A DNA stretch of 64,000 nucleotides from Bacteroidota bacterium (GTDB lineage: Bacteria; Bacteroidota; Bacteroidia; Bacteroidales; JACABE01). The position numbers and the translations under genes are program-made. The stretch lies in the NCBI GenBank assembly GCA_037133555.1, contig JBAXNW010000012.1:4906-68905 (forward strand), in the 5' to 3' direction. The notes beneath the pieces are model-generated. The model did no database searches and had not been told where the DNA came from. It saw nothing but the letters and a program-made list of their open reading frames with translations. Positions 26,265 to 35,992 of the stretch are shown one piece after another (positions within the stretch are counted from its first letter, which is position 1; every line of letters begins with the position of its first letter).

Positions 26265-28310
26265 ATGACTATTACAACAAATACCAGGGTACTTATTCCA
26301 GTTTCTGCAGGCTTGCTATTTCAAAGTATAACTGCTCTGGCACAGCAACATGTTCAAAGACCCAATATCGTCTTTATCATGAGCGACGATCATGCATCAA
26401 AAGCTATCAGTTGCTACGATGGAAGCATCAATAAAACTCCTCAGATTGATCGTATTGCTACCAACGGAGTTAGATTTACCAATTGTTTTTGTACCAATGC
26501 TGTCAGTGGTCCTAGCCGTGCTGTAATTTTAACCGGACAATTGTCTCACATCAATGGAATGATAAATAACGAAGTGGTTTTTGATTCTGCCAGCCTTACG
26601 CTTCCCAAAGTGTTGCGTGCAAATGGCTATCAGACGGCTATCATAGGAAAGTGGCATCTGAAAAGCGATCCGACTGGTTTTGACTTTTGGAAGGTGCTGC
26701 CGGGACAAGGCGAATATTTTAATCCCGATTTTATTGAAAATGGAAAGAAAAAACGCGAAAAGGGTTATGTTACTGATCTGATAACAGATTACTCGCTTCA
26801 ATGGATGGATCAGCGGGATACTACCAGACCTTTTTTTATCATGATACATAACAAAGCCCCTCACCGACCCTGGTTACCCAAACCTGAAAATGCCACAATG
26901 TATGATACAGCAAATATCCCCTTGCCTGATAATTTCTATGATGATTACAACAACAGAGCCGATGCAGCTAAAACTCAGCAGATGTCTGTTGCAAAAGACC
27001 TTGTCTTTCCGGTTGATCTGAAAATACCTGATACGTCATCAGCAAGCTATAGCCTTCAGGAAAATTCAATCCGTCTGGATGCTAAGGAAAGAAAAACCTG
27101 GGACAGTATTTACCAGATCAGGAACGAATCTTATTTTAAGACTCCTTTAAAAGAGAAAGAACTGGCAGTTTGGAAATACAGAAGGTATCTCAACGATTAT
27201 CTGGCTACTATCAAAACGGTGGACGACAATGTAGGCAGAGTATTGGATTACCTGAAAGCGAACGGACTTTCAGAGAATACGATAGTGATTTATACTTCTG
27301 ATCAGGGTTTTTTTCTGGGTGAACATGGCTGGTTCGATAAACGGTTTATGTATGATGAAAGCTACCGCATGCCTTTACTTATTCAGTATCCTGCAAAACT
27401 AAAAGCCGGAAAAACCAATGATCAGCTGGTGATGAATCTTGATTTTGCACCAACTTTGCTTGAATGGGCAGGTATTCAGAAGCCAAAACAGATGCAGGGG
27501 CTGTCTTTTACTTCTTATATTGATCAATCAGCAAGGCTGCGCGATGCAACCTATTATCACTATTATGAATATCCGGGCGAACATGCAGTGAAACGGCACT
27601 ATGGTATCCGTACCGAAAAATATAAACTCATTCATTACTACTATGATATTGATCAGTGGGAATTGTTCGATTTGCAGAAAGATCCTCATGAAATGAAAAA
27701 TGTTTACAATCATGAAGATTATAAAAATATTCAGCATGAACTGCTCTTACAATTAAAAAAAATGCAGCAGGAATATCGCGATACCTCCATGAGTGTTCCC
27801 CTGAATTATAAAATCAGTCCAAATAAAGCCCTGAATTTGGACTATCAACTCTTAAACCAGCCTTCTTCAAAGTATTCAGGCAATGCTAAAAATTCACTGA
27901 CAGATGGAAAGATAGAGAATCCTGCATTTATGTCTACTAAAGTCACTCCAATCTGGAATGGATTCGAAGGGTGCAATCTGGAAATGATATTTCCCTGCAA
28001 AGCAATCACAGCGATAAAAGAAATTGAAATTCGTTTTCTGGATCTGCCCGATTCCTGGATATTCTTGCCCGAAACGCTTTCTTTTTCATGCCTAACTGAA
28101 AAAAATAAATGGGAAAGATTTGATAAAGTATTGATTACTAAAGAAAAAAGAACAACTGGGGGTATGATATTTCATTATAAAGTGAAGATCAATCAAAAAA
28201 ATATACATCAGATTAAAATCAAGGCCGTGAATCATGGAATTTGCCCCCCTGGCCATCCAGGCGAAGGAAAACCTGCATGGATATTTTGCGATGAGGTGAT
28301 AGTGAGGTAG
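26265..28310 (+). CDS. Ser-type sulfatase with a C-terminal discoidin-like domain
   Basis: Sulfatase signature FCTNAVSGPSRAVILTG with Ser (codon agt 26505-26507) at the formylglycine position. Also IVFIMSDDH, GKWHL and YTSDQGF. The track start is TTG 26253 and the first ATG is 26265. Confidence 0.85.
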   Translation: MTITTNTRVLIPVSAGLLFQSITALAQQHVQRPNIVFIMSDDHASKAISCYDGSINKTPQIDRIATNGVRFTNCFCTNAVSGPSRAVILTGQLSHINGMINNEVVFDSASLTLPKVLRANGYQTAIIGKWHLKSDPTGFDFWKVLPGQGEYFNPDFIENGKKKREKGYVTDLITDYSLQWMDQRDTTRPFFIMIHNKAPHRPWLPKPENATMYDTANIPLPDNFYDDYNNRADAAKTQQMSVAKDLVFPVDLKIPDTSSASYSLQENSIRLDAKERKTWDSIYQIRNESYFKTPLKEKELAVWKYRRYLNDYLATIKTVDDNVGRVLDYLKANGLSENTIVIYTSDQGFFLGEHGWFDKRFMYDESYRMPLLIQYPAKLKAGKTNDQLVMNLDFAPTLLEWAGIQKPKQMQGLSFTSYIDQSARLRDATYYHYYEYPGEHAVKRHYGIRTEKYKLIHYYYDIDQWELFDLQKDPHEMKNVYNHEDYKNIQHELLLQLKKMQQEYRDTSMSVPLNYKISPNKALNLDYQLLNQPSSKYSGNAKNSLTDGKIENPAFMSTKVTPIWNGFEGCNLEMIFPCKAITAIKEIEIRFLDLPDSWIFLPETLSFSCLTEKNKWERFDKVLITKEKRTTGGMIFHYKVKINQKNIHQIKIKAVNHGICPPGHPGEGKPAWIFCDEVIVR

Positions 28311-28387
28311 TGAGTTAGAGGCTAGAAGACGGAACATTGAAGCCAGAAGAAAGAAGCTAAAAATGAGAAAAAATCAATAAATTGATT

Positions 28388-30331
28388 ATGAAGGCAAAGC
28401 CATTTTTGAAAACAGGATGCAATGTATTGGCAGTTGTTTCTCCATTACTGCTGTCTGCTCAACAACAGCAACTTCCGAACATTATACTGATTTATACTGA
28501 TGATCAGGGCTATGGTGATCTGGGTTGCTACGGAGCCAAGGGTTACAAAACGCCCAATATTGACAACTTGGCTGAAAACGGTATTCGTTTTACCGATTTT
28601 TACGCACCTCAGGCAGTAAGTTCTGCTTCCAGAGCTGGCTTACTTACCGGTTGTTATCCCAACCGTATTGGTATTGCAGGTGCCTTGATGCCGAATGATA
28701 AAAAAGGGCTGAGTGAGAATGAAATTACAATTGCAGATATGCTCAGACAAAAAGGATATCATACAGCTATTTATGGCAAGTGGCATCTGGGAAGTGATTC
28801 TAAGTTTTTACCTACCAAACATGGGTTTGATGAGTATTATGGCATCCCTTATTCGGTTGATATGATACCGATGGAATATGACGGAACACCGCCTAAAGCT
28901 AGAAGTGGAAAGGCAAACTATCCTCTTTTGCCAGTTTTTAGGAATGATAGTATAATTTCAAAATTAAATTCATTGGCAGGTATTGATACACTTACAAGAT
29001 TTTTGACTGAAAAATCCCTGCAATTTATCGATGCCCATCAAAGCAAACCTTTCTTTATCTATTTCCCACATCCCATGCCCCATGTTCCATTGGGCGTTAC
29101 TGACAAATTCAGGAATACAACTTTGCAAGGCAAATATGGAGATGTAATCAGCGAGATTGATTGGTCGGTGGGGCAAATTGTTGCAGCACTGAAAAAACAG
29201 GGGATATTGGATAACACTCTGATAATTTTTACAAGTGACAATGGCCCCTGGTTGAATTTCGGAAATCATGCCGGATCAACAGGTGGCTTGCGCGAAGGGA
29301 AAGGCTGCAGTTGGGAAGGTGGTCAAAGGGTTCCTTGTGTTATGTATTGGAAAGGTCATATTCCCAATGGAATCGTAAGCGATAAAATATGTTCAGCCAT
29401 TGATATACTCCCAACATTGGCCGAAATTACGGCTTCTCCGATATCAAAAAATAAAATTGATGGTATCAGTATACTACCCTTGATGAAAGGTGAAAAAGCT
29501 GCAGATCCACGGAAATATTTTCTCTATTATTATGAAATTAACCAATTACAAGCCATTCGTCTGGGTGATTGGAAACTGACTTATCCTCATACCTACCGTT
29601 CTTATCAGGGAGTAGAAGCCGGCAAAAATGGTATGCCAGGTCCCTATAATATTGCCACATGTGGCAAAGAGCTTTATAATCTCCGCACCGACAGAGCGGA
29701 AACTAAAAATGTAATTAATCAGCATCCTGATATCGTAGCTGCTATTGATTCCATTGCAGATATTGCCCGAGAAGATTTAGGTGATTTTTTACAGAATAAG
29801 AAAGGAAAAAACCTGCGTGAGCCAGGATATAGCAATATCTATTATAATAAAGTAATCCACAAAGCTATAGGTGCTAAAGTAACCTACGAACTTCCTTACA
29901 GTATGAAATACGATGGGGGAGGCCCAACAGCATTTACCGATGGTGTTACCGGATTTTCAGATCCTTCACACAAAGCTTGGCAGGGTTTTGAAGGCTTCGA
30001 TTTCAAAGGATTGATTACACTAAAAGATACTGCTTTTATTCAGAATATTAAGGTGGGGATTTTAGAGGATGAAGGAAGCTGGATATTCAGACCCAAAGAA
30101 CTCCGAATTGAGTATTCGCTGGATGGAATCACATATTATACTTACGGCGCAGTCAAAGGGGAAGCATTTACAACTACCTCAGTTCCCAATCGTCTCGAAG
30201 GAATTATATCTGGTGTTGTTAAGGCGAAATATCTCAGGTTTCACGTTATAAATATTGGTGTTTGCCCCGAAACCCATCCGGGAAAAGGGCAGGCCGCATG
30301 GCTTTTTATGGACGAAATTATTGTAAACTGA
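28388..30331 (+). CDS. Ser-type sulfatase (SxAxR variant) with a C-terminal discoidin-like domain
   Basis: Signature APQAVSSASRAGLLTG with Ser (codon agt 28619-28621) at the formylglycine position and Ala replacing the usual Pro. Also IILIYTDDQGYGD, GKWHLG and FTSDNGP. Confidence 0.85.
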   Translation: MKAKPFLKTGCNVLAVVSPLLLSAQQQQLPNIILIYTDDQGYGDLGCYGAKGYKTPNIDNLAENGIRFTDFYAPQAVSSASRAGLLTGCYPNRIGIAGALMPNDKKGLSENEITIADMLRQKGYHTAIYGKWHLGSDSKFLPTKHGFDEYYGIPYSVDMIPMEYDGTPPKARSGKANYPLLPVFRNDSIISKLNSLAGIDTLTRFLTEKSLQFIDAHQSKPFFIYFPHPMPHVPLGVTDKFRNTTLQGKYGDVISEIDWSVGQIVAALKKQGILDNTLIIFTSDNGPWLNFGNHAGSTGGLREGKGCSWEGGQRVPCVMYWKGHIPNGIVSDKICSAIDILPTLAEITASPISKNKIDGISILPLMKGEKAADPRKYFLYYYEINQLQAIRLGDWKLTYPHTYRSYQGVEAGKNGMPGPYNIATCGKELYNLRTDRAETKNVINQHPDIVAAIDSIADIAREDLGDFLQNKKGKNLREPGYSNIYYNKVIHKAIGAKVTYELPYSMKYDGGGPTAFTDGVTGFSDPSHKAWQGFEGFDFKGLITLKDTAFIQNIKVGILEDEGSWIFRPKELRIEYSLDGITYYTYGAVKGEAFTTTSVPNRLEGIISGVVKAKYLRFHVINIGVCPETHPGKGQAAWLFMDEIIVN

Positions 30332-31494
30332 TGCTCATACGAAAACCATTAACTACCATTGTTGTAAAGTCAAACGGTTCGCGTTGCAATCTGAATTGCG
30401 AGTATTGTTTTTATCTGAAGAAAGACCTTCAATATTCGGATGAACAATTGATGGATGATAGCTGCCTCGAAATTTTTATTCGCCAACTTATGGAGCAGAG
30501 TGGAACTTCATTCGGAATTGTATGGCAGGGTGGAGAACCTTCATTGACAGGAGCCACATTTTATAGAAAAGTCATTGCCTGGATGCAGCATTATGGTCAG
30601 GGTAAAAATAAATTGATCAGCAATCTGCTGCAAACCAATGGCTATAGTTTAAGTAATGAAATGCTTGATCTGATGTCAGAATATTCATTTCTTTGTGGTT
30701 TATCCCTCGATGGACCTGAAGAAATTCATGATGCTTACCGCAAAACTTCCACAGGAAAAGGAAGCTGGAATGAGGTGATGAAAAGTTGGAAAAAATTACA
30801 AGCCAGGAATATTGCAACAAATATTCTTTGTTGTGTGACATCTGCTTCTGCAAATAGGGCAAACGATATCTATCATTTTTACAAGCAAAATGCGATGCAT
30901 TGGTTGCAATTTATTCCTGTTTCGGAGTTTAATCTACTGGGTAAATCAGCTGAGTTTTCTTTATCAGCAAAAGACTGGGGACAGTTTATGTGTGATATTT
31001 TCGATAGTTGGCACTACGATTATATAACAAATAATCAGCCCCCCAGTATCCGTTTTGTTGAAAATGCTTTTTATGCACATCTTGGACTGAATGCTCCGGA
31101 ATGTACCTTTTCAGAAGAATGTGGAAATTATCTGGTACTGGAACACAATGGAGATGTATTCTCCTGCGATTATCTCGTGGGAAATGATACTCTACTGGGT
31201 AACATCCATCAGCAAAATCTTATAGATATGCTCAACAGTCCTCAGCAAATTAGTTTTGGAGTAGCCAAGAAAAACCATCATGAAGCTTGTCAAAACTGCC
31301 GTTGGCTCAATTATTGCTATGGAGGCTGCCCAAAATACCGAGATCCGCTAACACAGAAATACAGCTTCTGTGAATCATGGAAAACTTTCCTGAACTATAG
31401 CGAAAAAAGATTCATACCTATTGTGGCCAATTATAAAAAAAATATTTCTTTTTCGAAAATTGAAACGCTGGATATATCGGGTTTCTTTCAATAA
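30331..31494 (+). CDS. anaerobic sulfatase-maturating enzyme (radical SAM / SPASM)
   Basis: CNLNCEYC is the CX3CX2C radical-SAM cluster motif. CQNCRWLNYCYGGC is a SPASM CX2CX5CX3C motif. ATG 30331 overlaps the sulfatase TGA (TGATG). The track's upstream extension to 30262 lies inside the sulfatase gene. Confidence 0.85.
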   Translation: MLIRKPLTTIVVKSNGSRCNLNCEYCFYLKKDLQYSDEQLMDDSCLEIFIRQLMEQSGTSFGIVWQGGEPSLTGATFYRKVIAWMQHYGQGKNKLISNLLQTNGYSLSNEMLDLMSEYSFLCGLSLDGPEEIHDAYRKTSTGKGSWNEVMKSWKKLQARNIATNILCCVTSASANRANDIYHFYKQNAMHWLQFIPVSEFNLLGKSAEFSLSAKDWGQFMCDIFDSWHYDYITNNQPPSIRFVENAFYAHLGLNAPECTFSEECGNYLVLEHNGDVFSCDYLVGNDTLLGNIHQQNLIDMLNSPQQISFGVAKKNHHEACQNCRWLNYCYGGCPKYRDPLTQKYSFCESWKTFLNYSEKRFIPIVANYKKNISFSKIETLDISGFFQ

Positions 31495-31644
31495 TTTCAA
31501 ATTCTTGAATTTTTATTAGCTATCTTTTGTGGAATTTTTAAAAATATGAATTTATTTAGCTGATGATCAATTAAAACTTTTATATTTGTTGAGTAATTCT
31601 ATTTTGTATATTAAGTCAATTCATTAAAATTAAACCATCTGAAC

Positions 31645-32640
31645 ATGAAAAATCTTTATGTATTCATTCTATTAGCCTTTATGTCATCTGGTTTAAAAGC
31701 ACAACCAATTATTACCTCTAATGTACTTCCTGTTTTAGGTGATAGTATCTTGATGTCTTTCGATTCAACTTTAGTTCCAGTGGGAGTGAGTGGTGCAAAT
31801 GTCGCTTGGGATTTTTCAACATCTTTACATCAGGACTTTTTTTTTAAAAGGATTTACCTTCTTCCTGCAAATACACCTTATAGTTCAATCTTTCCAAATG
31901 CAGTTTTATGTAGAACAGACGGAATAGGCTCGGCCTACTCTTATTGGGATAATACAAATAGCAGCAAGTCTATTTGTTATGGATTTGTTGAGCCAAATTA
32001 TTATACTCAGCATTATAATAATTTACCAGTTCGGTATTATCAATTTCCAATTTCATACGGGAATTCTTATATAGATAGTGTTTCAGCGGTAACAAATCCA
32101 GGGAATTTAATAGGACCCGGAAAATATGCCTTTACCGCCGATGCCTGGGGAAGCTTAAAGCTTCCAAATAAAACAGTTGCCAATGTATTGAGAACGAAAT
32201 CTGTATTTTATATAGGCGATTCAAGTATTGGTGTCAATTCCTATTCTCTGTCTACAGAATATGCATGGTATCAGGTAGCTAAAAAGGAACCACTGCTGGT
32301 TATCAGTTCTGTAGTAATCAACCATGTTCTTTACAAAAAGTTTGTGTTATTCGATAATACTGCTTCATCGGGCCTTGTGAACAATGAAGCTGCTGAGATT
32401 TTTAGCATTATGCCCAATCCTTCAAAAGATAAATTGACTTTAGTGTTTGATCCTTCATCAATACATGCCAATGCGAAACTCTCAATGTATGATGTTTCGG
32501 GCAAAATAATCTTATCAAGGCCAATGAATACATATGAGTATAATACAACGTTGGATATTGAATTTTTAGCAAAAGGGATTTATATTCTTGAAGTTTTTGA
32601 TGGAAAACAATCTTCTCAACAGAAGTTTGTCAAGGAGTAA
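31645..32640 (+). CDS. T9SS C-terminal-sorting-domain secreted protein, function unknown
   Basis: Signal peptide MKNLYVFILLAFMSSGLKAQ. The C-terminus is IMPNPSKDKLTLVF...MYDVSGKIIL...GIYILEVFDG (TIGR04183-type). Confidence 0.7.
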   Translation: MKNLYVFILLAFMSSGLKAQPIITSNVLPVLGDSILMSFDSTLVPVGVSGANVAWDFSTSLHQDFFFKRIYLLPANTPYSSIFPNAVLCRTDGIGSAYSYWDNTNSSKSICYGFVEPNYYTQHYNNLPVRYYQFPISYGNSYIDSVSAVTNPGNLIGPGKYAFTADAWGSLKLPNKTVANVLRTKSVFYIGDSSIGVNSYSLSTEYAWYQVAKKEPLLVISSVVINHVLYKKFVLFDNTASSGLVNNEAAEIFSIMPNPSKDKLTLVFDPSSIHANAKLSMYDVSGKIILSRPMNTYEYNTTLDIEFLAKGIYILEVFDGKQSSQQKFVKE

Positions 32641-32859
32641 ATTTAAAATGACATTGATTCAAAAACTAATATTTTATATTTTTTCCGAGTATATTAATCC
32701 TGCTGTTCATTTATGTTTGCCATGAAGTGGTACTTTAATGTTTTGCAGTTTTCTGTTTGCAAAGTACGAACGGTATGTCATCAAACCCTTGTAAAGTCAA
32801 GTAAATGTTCTTTTCTCTATGGCATATGCTTATGTTTAACGATCAAATCAATGTTAGCA

Positions 32860-33264
32860 TTACCTCCATTTTGCAATACAATAGAAAAACCCGATAAGAC
32901 CTGCCATAAATCCGTCAAATAATATAAATCCAATAGACCATGCCATATCTTCAACCCAATGACCTTGAAATTGGTATTGCGATAGAGTTTTCACCAAAGG
33001 ATCCATGCCAAACTTAAAAAAAAAGAAAAAGAGCAGCACTGAAACCCCCATAAGAATTAAATAATATTTCCGACCCCTGTTACCCCAAGTATTTAACAAT
33101 GCGAAAAAGAGGATGATAAGTCCGATAAAAAACAATGTCGGATTCATGGCACCTACACCTCCATGAAAAAATGAAATTGTTTTGATTATGAAAGCAATTA
33201 AAAAAAAGGAAATCGTTAACCAATTTTTATTGGCCCTCATTGCTGTAATGAATTTGTTTGTCAT
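32860..33264 (-). CDS. hypothetical integral membrane protein
   Basis: 134 aa with four hydrophobic segments and no recognisable family. Confidence 0.45.
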   Translation of the reverse strand: MTNKFITAMRANKNWLTISFFLIAFIIKTISFFHGGVGAMNPTLFFIGLIILFFALLNTWGNRGRKYYLILMGVSVLLFFFFFKFGMDPLVKTLSQYQFQGHWVEDMAWSIGFILFDGFMAGLIGFFYCIAKWR

Positions 33265-33461
33265 TATATCAGAGTGTTTAAGAATATTGTATTAATCAAT
33301 ATTGTTCTTTTATATGATGTCAAGTATGAAGCATCTAACAGTGGCGGAATATATCCAGTTTCCCTTTCAAACTAAACAATGTTATTTAATTTTGTTGAAA
33401 TTAAATTTGCTTCATAGCCCTTTAACTTTCGTTTTTTTTTATTTTCATTGTCAAAATTGAG

Positions 33462-34133
33462 TTACCATATTTTTGGAATAAGTCTTTGTCTTGTGCTATG
33501 AGTATATTCAGTGTATCCAGTAAGTTCTTTTTTCAAGGTTTCGTCCTCAAAATAGGTTCTTACAAACAATAAAATGAGAGCTATTGTTGTTGGAATTATG
33601 CTCCAAATTGAACCTGTAACAAGAGGTAGAGCTATCAATGAAATTGCCATTCCTAAATACCCGGGGTGTCGTACGATTTTGTAAATGCCAGTATTACAAA
33701 CGCTTTGTCCTCTGTCTGTTTGTATTCTTACTATGCTTGAAAAGTATTTGTTTTCTTTTCTCGCTGTTAGAAAAACTTTTTGTCCAATTATTATCAGAGC
33801 AACCCCTAATGCATAAATGCTCCAATGAAAATTTGGTGTCCATTGGAATCGTCCCGAGTCAATACCTGCGACAACTAGAGTTGTTAGATATATCAAAGTC
33901 GATAAGCCTAAAATTATTTTGTCCCATAATTTTGCACCCTCGCCAACTATTGAACGTTCAGTCATAAGTTCTGTATCATTTCTAATTGTCCAAAAGTTCA
34001 TGAAGGCAGTAATTAGGTTAGTGGTGAGAAAAATCCAGCCTTGGAAGTAGTTTGTTTTTCCAGCACAAATAAACAGGATTGAGGAAAAAATCAGTGTCAA
34101 GAATACTGTTTTGATTAATTGTTTTGTTTTCAT
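33462..34133 (-). CDS. isoprenylcysteine carboxyl methyltransferase (ICMT/PEMT)-family membrane methyltransferase
   Basis: 223 aa. The C-terminal ...GIYKIVRHPGYLGMAI....P...GS.W......I.....R...EDE.L...L..Y..Y pattern is characteristic. Confidence 0.7.
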   Translation of the reverse strand: MKTKQLIKTVFLTLIFSSILFICAGKTNYFQGWIFLTTNLITAFMNFWTIRNDTELMTERSIVGEGAKLWDKIILGLSTLIYLTTLVVAGIDSGRFQWTPNFHWSIYALGVALIIIGQKVFLTARKENKYFSSIVRIQTDRGQSVCNTGIYKIVRHPGYLGMAISLIALPLVTGSIWSIIPTTIALILLFVRTYFEDETLKKELTGYTEYTHSTRQRLIPKIW

Positions 34134-34252
34134 ATCCTCTAATGTCCAATTGGCTATATGTTTTATTTCTAAAAAGGAAGCTATGATTTTGATAAGTGAA
34201 TTATAAAAAATCTGCCATCCTCAAACGAATAAGTATGTCTGATATTATTACT

Positions 34253-34555
34253 CAAATGACTAAAACGGAATTCTCAGCATCTCCAAAAATTGCCAATACA
34301 TATTTGTCAGCCTCTGCATCATTTACCCAACGAGTGCCATCTGTCAAATAACGAAACTGATATTCTCTGCCAGCTGGAAGTTCAACCGATACAGAGAAAT
34401 ATTCATTTTTTTTCGACTTTATCATTGGAGTAGTTTTTTAATCCCATTGAATAAGGTTACTCAATAGATGAACTTTTTTAGCTCCTCTTGAAACTTCTTC
34501 AGTAGCTATAAAAGTAACTTTGCATACTTTTCGGTCTTTATCGTATTTTTTTCAT
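34253..34555 (-). pseudogene. disrupted CBM48 / isoamylase-N 'early set' domain gene
   Basis: My minus-strand translation gives three pieces. ATG 34555 reads MKKIR*. The adjacent frame reads KKYDKDRKVCKVTFIATEEVSRGAKKVHLLSNLIQWD and then an in-frame TAA (34438-34440). It then continues KTTPMIKSKKNEYFSVSVELPAGREYQFRYLTDGTRWVNDAEADKYVLAIFGDAENSVLVI*. The start is offset by one base within an A7 run. Confidence 0.6.
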
Positions 34556-35119
34556 TTATAATAGCTTTTTTATGCAATAATTCTTATATTTTACTATTAG
34601 CTAGCAAGAAATAGCTTTTAATGATGTGTGATTGAATTATTTAAAATTACTTTTTTTTTTAAAAAAAAGTATAAGTATAAACACTGAAAAAAACTAGGCT
34701 AAACCATGAAAATTATTTTAGAGCAAACCCTGAAAACCATGCTTTTTTTGAATAACATAATTGAATTTTAGTTTTGAAAATTATCTGCTTTAAGCTCTAA
34801 GCGTGTATTTTGTCATTCAATAACTGCATTTTTAGTAGAATTGGTTTTTACTTTTAAAGTTTGATTTTTCTTTAATAAGGCTTTCATCTTGTCTGCTCTT
34901 ATATATCTTTTAGCTATTAGAAAGAGTAACTTTGTAAAAATGAGAATATATAGTCAACTTACATCAAGTCCCTTGAATTTGCTCAGCTTTCTGCTTTTTT
35001 GTCACTACTTTAAATCACGAAAATCTTATACAAGCTAAACAAAATGAGAATAACATAATAAACTATCTTGATAATTTTAAAAGTGCAGAGTCAGCACTTT
35101 AAACACTGACAATATTAAA

Positions 35120-35992
35120 ATGAAAAACGTAGCCATTATTTTTTTTGTTTTGATTGAAATTACAATGAAAACAAGTGCCCAAATTCCAAACAATGGATTT
35201 GAAAACTGGACCTCATTTGGAAATTGCCTGGAGCCAACAGGTTGGTTCTCCACAAACATGGCTGATACGAACGCTAGTTATTTTCCAGTCACCAGATCAA
35301 CCGATCATTTTCCTGCTTCAGTGGGCAGTTATTCTATCAGATTGGAAAGTAATCCACTCTTGACTGTTCCCCAAAAATGGGGTATGGCCTGGCCTGGTGA
35401 TGTAAAAGGAAGTGATTATCCTACATTTCATGTTATTGGCCATCCATCCTCATTTTGTGGCTATTATAAATTCTTTCCACAGAATAATGATACGATGAGA
35501 ATTTTTATTTGTTTATTTTCAGGTGGTACTGAAGTTACACAGGCAAAAATAACAAGCTCTGCGACGGCTTCCAGTTGGACTTCATTTTCAATTCCAATTC
35601 CATCTTATACAAATGCTGATAGTGCAAGGATATTTTTGTCATCTTTCTATAGCGATGGTCCTCTTGCTGTTCAGGGTAATTCTATTCTTTATGTTGACAA
35701 TTTAAGCTTTGATAATCTGATTACATCAATACAGGATCAAACTTCCGATTATACACCTATTAGCTTGTATCCTAATCCAGCTTCTGACATTGTTAAATTG
35801 AAAATTAATAATAGTAATATTACCGATCTTAAGTTGACTATTTATAATGTTATGGGAGTATTAGTAAAAACAGAAATACTGAGAAAAGACAACTTGAAAA
35901 TTAATACAGTTGATTTAAGTAACGGAATTTATTTACTTGCCATAAAATCAAAAGACTTAACAGAAATGCAGAAACTAATTATTCAAAGATAA
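35120..35992 (+). CDS. T9SS C-terminal-sorting-domain secreted protein, function unknown
   Basis: Signal peptide ending TSAQ. The C-terminus is LYPNPASDIVKLKI...IYNVMGVLV...GIYLLAIKS (TIGR04183-type). Confidence 0.7.
   Translation: MKNVAIIFFVLIEITMKTSAQIPNNGFENWTSFGNCLEPTGWFSTNMADTNASYFPVTRSTDHFPASVGSYSIRLESNPLLTVPQKWGMAWPGDVKGSDYPTFHVIGHPSSFCGYYKFFPQNNDTMRIFICLFSGGTEVTQAKITSSATASSWTSFSIPIPSYTNADSARIFLSSFYSDGPLAVQGNSILYVDNLSFDNLITSIQDQTSDYTPISLYPNPASDIVKLKINNSNITDLKLTIYNVMGVLVKTEILRKDNLKINTVDLSNGIYLLAIKSKDLTEMQKLIIQR

Noticed and set aside
30262-30330. An N-terminal extension of the anSME ORF (MPRNPSGKRAGRMAFYGRNYCKL...).
   Set aside because: It lies inside the 3' end of the upstream sulfatase gene. 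The ATG at 30331 gives the typical short lead-in to the CX3CX2C motif and a TGATG coupling junction.
33387-33394. Exact TAnnTTTG boxes with no downstream same-strand gene (33387-33394 plus strand; also 46377-46384 and 36150-36157 plus strand).
   Set aside because: The motif is expected by chance roughly once per 1-2 kb per strand at this base composition. Without a gene or conserved transcript downstream these are treated as chance matches. The box at 46377 lies about 270 nt upstream of porP and could still be a distal promoter.
34940-35038. A 32-codon ORF (MRIYSQLTSSPLNLLSFLLFCHYFKSRKSYTS) 6 nt after an exact -7 box (34927-34934).
   Set aside because: It has no signal, motif or family features, it sits in a long AT-rich spacer where short ORFs arise by chance, and it cannot be supported without conservation or expression data.
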